Origin: Pseudodesulfovibrio mercurii | GTDB lineage: Bacteria > Desulfobacterota > Desulfovibrionia > Desulfovibrionales > Desulfovibrionaceae | Assembly (NCBI RefSeq): GCF_000189295.2 | Contig: NC_016803.1 | Coordinates: 1,650,001 to 1,682,000 of the forward strand | Length of the DNA: 32,000 nt | Direction: 5' to 3' | Shown: positions 25,046-32,000 of the stretch, in pieces | Numbering within the stretch: the stretch's first letter is position 1 | Layout of the letters: each line of letters begins with the position of its first letter | Translations under genes and position numbers: made by a program | The notes under the pieces: generated by a model | What the model was told of the DNA's origin: nothing | The model's input: only the letters and a program-made list of their open reading frames with translations | The model's database searches: none

Positions 25046-25203
25046 ACGTATCGCCCAAGTGTCATTTTCAGCGGCAACAATGTTTTTTGTGGTGAATATG
25101 GTGTTTTCAACCCATTGAAATAACGTAGGTAAGTGACCTTCCAGTTGATTGTTTACGGCCTTTCACGCCGTTAACAGGGGTTCAAATCCCCTTGGGGACG
25201 CCA
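25046..25203. repeat. Conserved island right end plus att core copy 3 (25155-25203)
   Basis: Homologous to 16116-16274 and 28794-28951. The 49-bp core is identical to the tRNA-Glu 3' part. Confidence 0.9.
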
Positions 25204-25217
25204 TATTGACCAGCAAA

Positions 25218-25248
25218 GGCCTCACGCTTTGAGCGTGAGGCCTTTTTC
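25218..25248 (+). terminator. Intrinsic terminator-like hairpin following att copy 3
   Basis: ggcctcacgc-tttga-gcgtgaggcc followed by 'tttttcg'. A homologous hairpin lies at 28966-28990. Confidence 0.55.
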
Positions 25249-25476
25249 GTTGTCTGCGGCATTGGCGCCTTTCCGGGCTCGGCTTCCGACCGTATCGTGG
25301 CCGGGGAGCACCCGGTCTGCCTGGAGGCGTGCATGACCGACGCCATCACCTTCGGGGGAAAGGAGGTGCTTCTTCAGAAAGCCAGAGACATGAGCCGGGA
25401 GATCGACAGGAAAAAGAGCGCCGAGCCGAGCATCTACCTGAAGCCCCCGCCGAAGAACACCCTGCCGCAAGCGTGA
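25249..25476 (+). pseudogene. 3' remnant of a 4Fe-4S dicluster (DmsB/HybA-like) protein gene
   Basis: My own translation of an open frame with no plausible start: '...SASDRIVAGEHPVCLEACMTDAITFGGKEVLLQKARDMSREIDRKK...'. It matches the last Cys cluster and C-terminal tail of DmsB-type subunits (PxC-x3-C...A-I-x-F-G). Stop at 25474-25476. Confidence 0.4.
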
Positions 25477-25755
25477 CGAAAGACGACAAAAGAGAATTGT
25501 CGGAAATGGAAGGGCCCTGCCACGGCAGGGTCCTCGGTTTGTGAAGACCCGGGGAATCCCCGTCGTTCGACGCTTGCGGCCAGCCAGGGATGGCTGCTTC
25601 TGCTTGGCCGAACTCCGGGGGCGAGCCATTGGAGGCGGAACGAGCGGTTTCGGATATGACAGAAGAGACGGGTAAGGGATACGAATAAATAACACGCCGT
25701 TTCGCATAGTCATGCTATGGATGATCGGGATCAAATTTTGGAAAAGGAGCGGGCC

Positions 25756-28536
25756 ATGGACGAAATTGCATTCCATGCCTTGTCAGTGGACGAAACGTTC
25801 GCCGCATTGAATTCTTCCATGCAGGGACTTTCCTCACAGGAGGCTGCGCGTCGGCTCCGCGTCCATGGTTCCAACGACCTCGTTTCGGCCAAGTCTCGCT
25901 CCCGCCTTGCCATTTTATTCTCGCAGTTCAAGGATCTGCTGGTAGTCGTTTTGATCGTGGCAGGATTCATCTCCTTTGGTATCGCCCTCGTGGAAAACTC
26001 ATGGGAAAACTACAGAAGCGGTACGATCATTTTTCTCATCGTCATCGCCGACGCGGCCCTCGGGTTCAGTTTGGAATACAACGCCAGCCGGATAGTGCGT
26101 AAGCTCCGCACGCTCATTTTCTCCCCTGCCCGGGCAATCCGCGACAAAAGGCTTACGGAAATCCCGCTTCAGACTCTGGTGCCCGGCGATGTGATCGATA
26201 TTGAGCAGGGGGACAAGATCCCGGCCGATTTGCGCATCGTCGAATCCAACAACCTGCAAACCAACGAATTCAGCCTTACCGGCGAATCGATGCCGGTGGA
26301 CAAAACGACCGAAAGGTTTGCCGCCGACCTGACCGTGGCTGACCGCCGCAACATGGCGTTTGCCGGGACCTCTGTCGCCAGCGGAAGCGGCATGGGCGTG
26401 GTGGTTTTCACCGGCATGCGCACCGAGTTGGGAAAAATCGCGACGATGACGGAGGAGACCATCGAGGTCCGCTCGCCGCTGCAAGACGAGCTCAATGTGC
26501 TGGCAGTGCGGTTGACCGTGGTGGCCGGGGCCGTCTCGGGAGTCCTGCTTGTCCTGGCCTTGTGGCTGGGGCTGGGGTGGCTTGTGGCCGTGACCTACGC
26601 ACTGGGCGTGGCCGTGGCCTGTGTCCCCCAGGCCCTTCCGGCGCAACTCATCGTGGCCATGTCTTCCGCCAGCCAGCACCTGGCCAGAAAAAATGCCGTT
26701 GTGAAAAGCCTGCCCACCGTGGAGGCGCTCGGCTCCACCAACGTCATCTGCACCGACAAGACGGGGACCCTTACCCGCAATGAAATGACAGTGACCCGGG
26801 CGTGGAGCAATGAACGGGAGTTGGAATTAACCGGCGTCGGCTACCAGCCTGAGGGCGAGGTGTTGGACGAAGCCGGGAATCCGGTGTCGGAGGAAGATCT
26901 TCAGGCTTTGTCTCTTCTCTTCCGGACCGCCATCCTCGCGTCGGCAGGCACCGTTCACCCGCCGGACGACCAGCACGAGAACTGGTACGCGGTGGGAGAC
27001 CCCTCGGAGGCCGCCCTGGTGGTCATGGCCATGAAAGCGGGAGCGTTTGATGGTAAAATCGAGGAATCGCCGAAATTGCGCAGCTTTCCTTTCGACCCCG
27101 GCCGGAAACGTATGAGCTTTATCAGACGGTTGCCCGAAGGTGACTGCGTAATGATGAAAGGGGCTACCGACTCGATTCTCGACGTATGCGTTTCCATGTT
27201 GAAGGACGGAGGCGTTCAGCCCATGACACAGGGGGATAGGGAGCGTATCGAAGACTGGAACATAGCATCCTCCGACCAGGCCCTGCGGGTCTTGGCCCTT
27301 GCCTACCGTCCGCTGAACGGCGATTTCGAATCCGCTTCGCTTGAGGAAACCGAACGGGACATGGTTTTCCTCGGCCTCGTCGGCATGATCGATCCTCCCC
27401 GGCGCGGCGTGCGTGAGGCGATGGCGAAATGCCACAACGCGGGCATAGATACCTATATGATTACCGGCGACCACGCGGCAACGGCAGCGGCCATAGCCCG
27501 GGACATCGGATTGGCTCGCGCTGACGGGCGTACGGTTCGGGTCGTCCGGGGAAAGGAAATGGCGGGCCTCGGCGACGAGGAACTTGCCTACATGATGCGC
27601 AGCAACTCGGCCCTGATTTTTTCCCGGGTGGAACCGGCACACAAGCTGCGGGTGGTTCGCCTGCTCGGAGAGCAGGGACGGGTCGTGGCCGTGACCGGAG
27701 ACGGCATCAATGATGCTCCGGCCCTGAAGCGGGCACACATTGGCGTGGCCATGGGGAAGACCGGCGTGGATGTGGCCAAGGAGATTGCCGAGGTCGTGCT
27801 GCTGGACGACAATTTCTCCACCCTCGTGGATGCCGTGGAGGAAGGTCGGAGCATCTACAGCAACATCCGCAAGGTGGTGCTCGCCTCCCTGACGACGAAC
27901 GTCGCGGAACTCCTTGCCGTCCTTTTCGGCCTGGTCGGGATCGCCGTGGGCAACTACGCAATCCCCATGCTGACGATCCAGATCCTGGCCATCGACCTCA
28001 TGGCGGAAATTCTGCCTTTGACTTTCCTGTGTTTCGATCCACCCACGCCGGATGACATGAAGCGGCGGCCTCGAAACCGCAGCGACCATATTCTCAATGC
28101 GGCAACCGGGATTGAGGTCGGCTTCTTCGGTTCCCTCATCGGGGCGCTGTCGGTGGCCAACTTTTTTCTCTACATGCACCGTCACGGCCTGACGCTTGGG
28201 CAGGACGCCATCGGCACGATCGAATACGCGAGGGCCAGCGCGATGACTTGGCTGACCATGGCCTTTTGTCAATTCGGGAACATCCTTTCGCGCCGATACC
28301 AAAACGTCTCGATTTTCAACAGCAACATTCTGACCAACAAAATCCTGCTCGCTTCAATCATCATCTCCGCCGTGCAGAGCTTTGCTGCGGTCCACGCCCC
28401 CGGCATAAACGATTTCCTGGGATTCGCCCCCATCGGCATTGTTGACTGGCTCTACATTCTGGCCGCAGCAGGCGTCTTCCTCGCCTTTTGGGAGGGTCTC
28501 AAGTGGATGCGGAGGCGTCCTATGCAAACCGTCTGA
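25756..28536 (+). CDS. Cation-translocating P-type ATPase (P2/Ca2+-Mg2+ type, with Cation_ATPase_N and _C regions)
   Basis: 'ICTDKTGTLTRNEM' phosphorylation motif, 'TGES' actuator motif ('SLTGESMPV'), 'MITGDH', 'VTGDGINDAPALKRAHIGVAMG'. I chose the start at 25756 (AAGGAG 6 nt upstream); the tracked ORF starts at 25717. Confidence 0.9.
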   Translation: MDEIAFHALSVDETFAALNSSMQGLSSQEAARRLRVHGSNDLVSAKSRSRLAILFSQFKDLLVVVLIVAGFISFGIALVENSWENYRSGTIIFLIVIADAALGFSLEYNASRIVRKLRTLIFSPARAIRDKRLTEIPLQTLVPGDVIDIEQGDKIPADLRIVESNNLQTNEFSLTGESMPVDKTTERFAADLTVADRRNMAFAGTSVASGSGMGVVVFTGMRTELGKIATMTEETIEVRSPLQDELNVLAVRLTVVAGAVSGVLLVLALWLGLGWLVAVTYALGVAVACVPQALPAQLIVAMSSASQHLARKNAVVKSLPTVEALGSTNVICTDKTGTLTRNEMTVTRAWSNERELELTGVGYQPEGEVLDEAGNPVSEEDLQALSLLFRTAILASAGTVHPPDDQHENWYAVGDPSEAALVVMAMKAGAFDGKIEESPKLRSFPFDPGRKRMSFIRRLPEGDCVMMKGATDSILDVCVSMLKDGGVQPMTQGDRERIEDWNIASSDQALRVLALAYRPLNGDFESASLEETERDMVFLGLVGMIDPPRRGVREAMAKCHNAGIDTYMITGDHAATAAAIARDIGLARADGRTVRVVRGKEMAGLGDEELAYMMRSNSALIFSRVEPAHKLRVVRLLGEQGRVVAVTGDGINDAPALKRAHIGVAMGKTGVDVAKEIAEVVLLDDNFSTLVDAVEEGRSIYSNIRKVVLASLTTNVAELLAVLFGLVGIAVGNYAIPMLTIQILAIDLMAEILPLTFLCFDPPTPDDMKRRPRNRSDHILNAATGIEVGFFGSLIGALSVANFFLYMHRHGLTLGQDAIGTIEYARASAMTWLTMAFCQFGNILSRRYQNVSIFNSNILTNKILLASIIISAVQSFAAVHAPGINDFLGFAPIGIVDWLYILAAAGVFLAFWEGLKWMRRRPMQTV

Positions 28537-28793
28537 ATGTAAAAGTCATCGCAACATGCAGGCGTATGTCCAACACGCTCAAAAACGCCCATGACCTTTT
28601 CACTTCCACCCACTGTCAGCGACATCTACTCGAAATTCATGCGTTCCTCAAAGGGGCGACAATTCACCAACGAGAGGGAGGGAATTCCGCAACCGATTCA
28701 TTTTATGTGTCTTGCGCAAAGACACCCCGAAAAGCCAAGACCGCTTTTCCCAAACAAGTCCCGTTTTCTCCCTTCCTCCAACTCCATCTCCCC

Positions 28794-28951
28794 GCGTGTC
28801 ACCCAAGTGTCATTTTCAGCGGCAACTATGGTTTTTGTGGCGAACATGGCGTTTTCACCCCATTGAAACAACCTAGGTAAGCGACCTTCCGGTTGATTGT
28901 TTACGGTCTTTCACGCCGTCAACAGGGGTTCAAATCCTCTTGGGGACGCCA
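28794..28951. repeat. Conserved island right end plus att core copy 4 (28903-28951, 3 mismatches)
   Basis: Homologous to 16116-16274 and 25046-25203. The core differs at three positions (acggTc, ccgtCaac, atccTc). Confidence 0.85.
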
Positions 28952-28965
28952 TATCGACCAGCAAA

Positions 28966-28996
28966 GGTCTCACGCTTCGAGCGCGAGGCCTTTTTC
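28966..28996 (+). terminator. Terminator-like hairpin after att copy 4 (likely the ancestral tRNA-Glu terminator)
   Basis: ggtctcacgc-ttcga-gcgcgaggcc (one G-U pair, one mismatch) followed by 'tttttcg'. Confidence 0.45.
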
Positions 28997-29075
28997 GGGC
29001 GCGCCCGGACCCTACGGCGGCCGCCCATCAGAGGATTGACAACCCCATCCGGTCCCATTATTGACTTTCGAATCA

Positions 29076-29087
29076 TTGACAAGTCAA
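29076..29087. promoter_or_regulatory. Palindrome TTGACAAGTCAA upstream of the MarR gene (candidate autoregulatory operator)
   Basis: A perfect 5-2-5 palindrome lies 15 nt upstream of the ATG at 29102. A further TTGAC is at 29061-29065. Confidence 0.35.
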
Positions 29088-29101
29088 CGATCGAGCGCGC
29101 C

Positions 29102-29557
29102 ATGCAGACAAAAGACGTCATACGGTTTGAACAGGATTCGCCCATCCGCCGTATATCCAGACTGAGCCGACTGAACATGAATTCCCTGGCCGGGCCCATT
29201 TCGGCCATCGGCATCGCCCGGGGCACCTTCCCCTTTGTCATGGAGGTGCTGTGCCGAGAGGGCGTCATCCAGGAAGACCTCTCCAGACTGCTGTCCATCG
29301 ACCGGGCAGCAACGGCCCGCGCCCTGAAACGGCTGGAGAGGGACGGTCTGATCGAGCGCCGGGAAGACCCTGCGGACAGACGAGGGAAGCACGTTTTCCC
29401 GACCGACAGGACGCGGGATCTGTGCGGCGACATCCTCGGCATCCTGACGCAGCAGAAGGAGGCCCTGTTCAACGGCTTCGACGAGGGAGAACGAGCGCTG
29501 TTCCTGCGCATGCTGGACCGGGTGATCGACAACATGGGCGCACCGACCTCCCCCTGA
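29102..29557 (+). CDS. MarR-family transcriptional regulator
   Basis: 'QEDLSRLLSIDRAATARALKRLERDGLIERREDPADRRGKHVFPT' is the winged-HTH signature. The start is chosen at the first ATG that gives a MarR-sized protein; the tracked ORF starts at 28940. Confidence 0.8.
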   Translation: MQTKDVIRFEQDSPIRRISRLSRLNMNSLAGPISAIGIARGTFPFVMEVLCREGVIQEDLSRLLSIDRAATARALKRLERDGLIERREDPADRRGKHVFPTDRTRDLCGDILGILTQQKEALFNGFDEGERALFLRMLDRVIDNMGAPTSP

Positions 29558-29706
29558 TCGCCGGAGCCGCCTCCCGACGGCCTTCCGCATCGGCGCGTCG
29601 CCGTGTGGCCGCCGTCGGCACTTCCGTTTCATCGCGGTCCGGGCCCGACCCCGGCCCCCCCGGCCGCGCCGCGTACCGGCTTCAACCTCATCATAGGATT
29701 ACAACA

Positions 29707-31017
29707 GTGCTTTCCACCCGCAAACTCATCGACGTGCTGACCATGATCCTGGGCCTGCTCATCATGGCCCTGGGCGTATCCGTCTCGGTCAGGGCGGATC
29801 TCGGGGTCACCCCCATCTCCTGCGTGCCCTACGTCTATAGCCTGAGCACGCCGTTCACCCTGGGCGAAATGACCATCTTCATGAACATCTTCTTCATCCT
29901 GGGGCAGATGGCCATATTGCGAAAACGGTATTCGCCCATCCAGCTCCTGCAACTGCCAGCGGTCGTCATCCTGGGCTACTGCATCGATTTCACCTACCGC
30001 CTGGTTTCCGGCATCGAGCCGTCGAGTTACCTGGAACAGCTGCTCTGGCTGCTGGTCAGCTGCGCGCTGCTGGCACTCGGGGTGTTCCTGGTGGTCAAGG
30101 CGAACCTGACCTACATCCCGGGCGACGGCCTGATCGTGGTCATCGCCGATACCTTCAAGAAGGATTTCGGCAAAACGAAGATGTGCTTCGACAGCTCAAT
30201 GGTCGTCATCGGCCTGTCGAGCTCCCTGCTCCTCTCGGGCAGAGTGGCCGGGATACGTGAGGGAACCATCATCGCGGCCCTGCTGGTCGGTTATCTCATA
30301 CAGCTCTTGAACAGGCTTCTGCGGGCGGCGGCCGCCCGGATCGAAGCCCGCGGCCGGACCGAGTCCCCGGCCGAGGCCCCGGCGGGCGTCTACGGGACCT
30401 TCCCGGTCATCACCATCTCCCGTGAATACGGGAGCGGCGGCCACGAGATCGGACAACAGATCGCCAAGAAACTGGGCTTCACCTTTTACGACAGGGAATT
30501 GATCGACCTGACCGCCCAACAGAGCGGCTTCACCGAGGACTACATCAAGGACCGGGAGCAGAAGATCAGCAACTCCCTGCTCCACGAACTCTACGCCCAG
30601 AACTACGCCTACGTGCAGGACAAGCTGCCGCCCACGGACCTGCTCTTCCTTATCCAGAGCAAGATCATCCGGGACGTCAGCGCCAAGCAGCCGTGCGTCA
30701 TCGTCGGACGGTGCGCCAACTTCGTCCTCAAGGACAACCCCAGTTGCTTCAACATCTTCATCCACGCGAACGAGGCGTACCGCAAACGGAAGATCGTCGA
30801 CGACTACAAGGCCCCCGCCTCCTATTCCTCCAAGGACCTGGAACAGATGGACCATGAACGGGCCAATTACTGCCTGAAATATACCGGCGGGAACTGGCGC
30901 GACGTGACCGGCTATCACCTGACCCTGGACAGCTCGCTGTACACCACGGAACAGCTCGCGAAAAAGATCATCGAACTGTTCCGCACGGCCCAACCGCGTC
31001 TGCGGGCGGCGGCCTAG
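29707..31017 (+). CDS. Fusion protein: multi-pass membrane domain (YczE/YitT-like, tentative) plus cytidylate-kinase-like (Cytidylate_kin2-type) domain
   Basis: GTG at 29707, or ATG about 12 codons later. About 5-6 hydrophobic helices are followed by 'PVITISREYGSGGHEIGQQIAKKLGFTFYDRELIDL', which is characteristic of the cytidylate kinase-like family (from memory). The long upstream part of the tracked ORF (from 29251) overlaps the MarR gene and is rejected. Confidence 0.65.
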   Translation: MLSTRKLIDVLTMILGLLIMALGVSVSVRADLGVTPISCVPYVYSLSTPFTLGEMTIFMNIFFILGQMAILRKRYSPIQLLQLPAVVILGYCIDFTYRLVSGIEPSSYLEQLLWLLVSCALLALGVFLVVKANLTYIPGDGLIVVIADTFKKDFGKTKMCFDSSMVVIGLSSSLLLSGRVAGIREGTIIAALLVGYLIQLLNRLLRAAAARIEARGRTESPAEAPAGVYGTFPVITISREYGSGGHEIGQQIAKKLGFTFYDRELIDLTAQQSGFTEDYIKDREQKISNSLLHELYAQNYAYVQDKLPPTDLLFLIQSKIIRDVSAKQPCVIVGRCANFVLKDNPSCFNIFIHANEAYRKRKIVDDYKAPASYSSKDLEQMDHERANYCLKYTGGNWRDVTGYHLTLDSSLYTTEQLAKKIIELFRTAQPRLRAAA

Positions 31018-31133
31018 CCTCAGCCCTCCCCGTCGCGGGACATCGCCGGAGCGGTCGTTTCAGCCACGGCGAGTCGGCGCGCCGCGTCAACCGGGGCGGG
31101 AAATCGTCACGAAGGAAAACGGGGAGGGAGCGG

Positions 31134-32000
31134 TCAGCGGGTCCGGAGGATCATCAGGCCGACGAGCACGGCCAGGAGCGCGGTCCAGGCCAGGGCCGCC
31201 CGCAGGGTGGCCTTTTTGGCGCGTTCCTTGTCCCACCAGGACAGGGGGCGGATGCCCTGGGCCAGGAAGGTGCCGACCCCGGCCAGGTTGAGGCAGATGA
31301 TGTTCACGGCGAAGAGCAGGCCCGCCCCGCCCGCCTGGGCCAGGAAGCCCGCGCCCAGGAACAGGCCGCAGGCGATGAGCGGCGGGAGCAGGGACAGGGC
31401 GACCATGACCCCGACCAGGGAGGTGGGCACGCCCAGGGTGACGGTGATGATCCCGGCCGCGCCCGAGACCATGGCCAGGACGATGTCGGAATAGGCGGTC
31501 ACGCTACGGATGGCCAGTTCGTGGTTCGCCTCGGGCACGCCGAGGAGCAGCCCGGCCCCCACGGACAGGGCGAAGCACAGCCCCACGCCCACGGCCAGGG
31601 TCTTGAAGGCCTCGCGGGTCAGGCGGGCGTCGCCCAGGGTGGTGGCCAGGGCCAGGCCCACGTTGGGTCCGAGCAGCGGGGCCAGGACCATGGCTCCGAT
31701 GATGATGGCCACGTTGTCGCGCAGCAGCCCGATGATGCCGACCAGGGAGGCGAAGAGCACGAGCATGACGTAGTTCTTGGAGAGCAGGCTCGTGTCCAGG
31801 ACGTCGTCGTACAGTTCCTCGCGGCTGATGGACCCGCTGCCGCCCTTGTTCTCCTCGGGGAAGACGGCGTGCGCCTTCTCCTCTTCCTTGGCCAGCTTGT
31901 CCAGGCGCGGCAGGGTGGCCTCGGCGGGATAGACCACGATGCGGTACTTGGAGGTCCAGGCGAAGAGTTCCTCCAGCTCGTCCAGGACGTTGCCGGTCTC
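31134..32000 (-). CDS. DUF389 / TIGR00341-like integral membrane protein, 5' end outside the window
   Basis: Gly/Ala-rich TM repeats ('IIIGAMVLAPLLGPNVGLALA', 'VGVMVALSLLPPLIACGL'). The frame stays open upstream of the tracked GTG at 31937 ('...ETGNVLDELEELFAWTSKYRIVVYPAE...') to the window edge. Confidence 0.7.
   Translation of the reverse strand, partial: ETGNVLDELEELFAWTSKYRIVVYPAEATLPRLDKLAKEEEKAHAVFPEENKGGSGSISREELYDDVLDTSLLSKNYVMLVLFASLVGIIGLLRDNVAIIIGAMVLAPLLGPNVGLALATTLGDARLTREAFKTLAVGVGLCFALSVGAGLLLGVPEANHELAIRSVTAYSDIVLAMVSGAAGIITVTLGVPTSLVGVMVALSLLPPLIACGLFLGAGFLAQAGGAGLLFAVNIICLNLAGVGTFLAQGIRPLSWWDKERAKKATLRAALAWTALLAVLVGLMILRTR

Larger units (their letters stand above)
16226..25203. 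mobile_element. Integrative island 2 at tRNA-Glu (decayed: int pseudogene, no xis; ECF/ABC envelope cargo)
   Basis: It is bounded by att core copies 2 and 3. Its left arm 16275-18841 is homologous to 2099-5446 apart from a 775-bp deletion. Confidence 0.8.
25155..28951. mobile_element. Integrase-less third unit (island remnant or segmental duplication) carrying a P-type ATPase
   Basis: It lies between att core copies 3 and 4. The direct repeat extends on both sides of the core: 25046-25250 versus 28794-28997. Confidence 0.55.

Noticed and set aside
25222-25776. A 184-aa minus-strand ORF between att copy 3 and the P-type ATPase
   Set aside because: It runs antisense to the 4Fe-4S remnant and through the ATPase start. 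It has no SD and a low-complexity product, and the plus-strand frame carries a recognisable Fe-S motif.
25999-28302. Long antisense ORFs inside the P-type ATPase gene (25999-26679, 26827-28302)
   Set aside because: These are GC-rich shadow ORFs opposite a gene with unambiguous DKTGT/TGDGINDAP motifs.
28940-31017. Extended 5' parts of the MarR ORF (from 28940), of the fusion-protein ORF (from 29251), and the antisense ORFs 28930-29632 and 30196-30993
   Set aside because: The upstream extensions run through the att/terminator region or overlap the MarR gene in another frame, with Arg/Pro-rich translation. Starts that give family-typical N-termini were chosen instead.
1-32000. A search for CRISPR arrays, rRNA genes, IS/transposase genes and short tandem repeats
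   Set aside because: I saw no regularly spaced short direct repeats, no rRNA-like segments and no DDE or serine-recombinase-like ORFs. The only repeats found are the att/right-end copies, the duplicated island arm and the hairpins listed above.

Overview
All calls come from reading the sequence and the supplied ORF track; no searches were run. This is a high-GC chromosomal segment whose gene content and composition look Desulfovibrio-like (inference only). A tRNA-Gln/tRNA-Glu operon (1941-2098) has collected a tandem array of three integrative elements. The 49-bp 3' portion of tRNA-Glu (anticodon stem to CCA) occurs four times in direct orientation: 2050-2098 (inside the intact tRNA), 16226-16274, 25155-25203 and 28903-28951.

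Island 1 (about 2050-16274) has an intact tyrosine integrase and excisionase, a second tyrosine-recombinase-like gene with a long conserved non-coding leader, and a visibly lower-GC defence cargo. The cargo is an HTH regulator translationally coupled to a DPPY-type DNA methyltransferase, plus a tightly packed five-gene minus-strand operon: hsdR-hsdM-hsdS-ABC-type ATPase-HNH nuclease. That operon reads as a Septu-like ATPase/HNH pair built into a Type I R-M transcription unit, and its HsdS carries an unusual C-terminal extension of about 144 aa.

Island 2 (about 16226-25203) shares the left arm of island 1 but is decayed. A 775-bp deletion between 9-bp microhomologies removed the excisionase gene and the integrase 5' part, and a 4-nt deletion frameshifts the integrase 3' end. 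It still keeps an intact copy of the second recombinase-like gene. Its cargo is an ECF sigma/anti-sigma/Spy-like/MacB-type ABC/LolA-like/outer-membrane beta-barrel cluster.

Unit 3 (about 25155-28951) has no integrase. It is bracketed by direct repeats of about 205 bp and carries a 3' remnant of a 4Fe-4S protein gene and a P-type cation ATPase.

The flanking core genes are a Usp protein, a PEGA lipoprotein, a DUF721-like protein and a small basic protein on the left. On the right are a MarR regulator, a membrane/cytidylate-kinase-like fusion protein and a DUF389/TIGR00341-like membrane protein. I saw no CRISPR array, rRNA or transposase.
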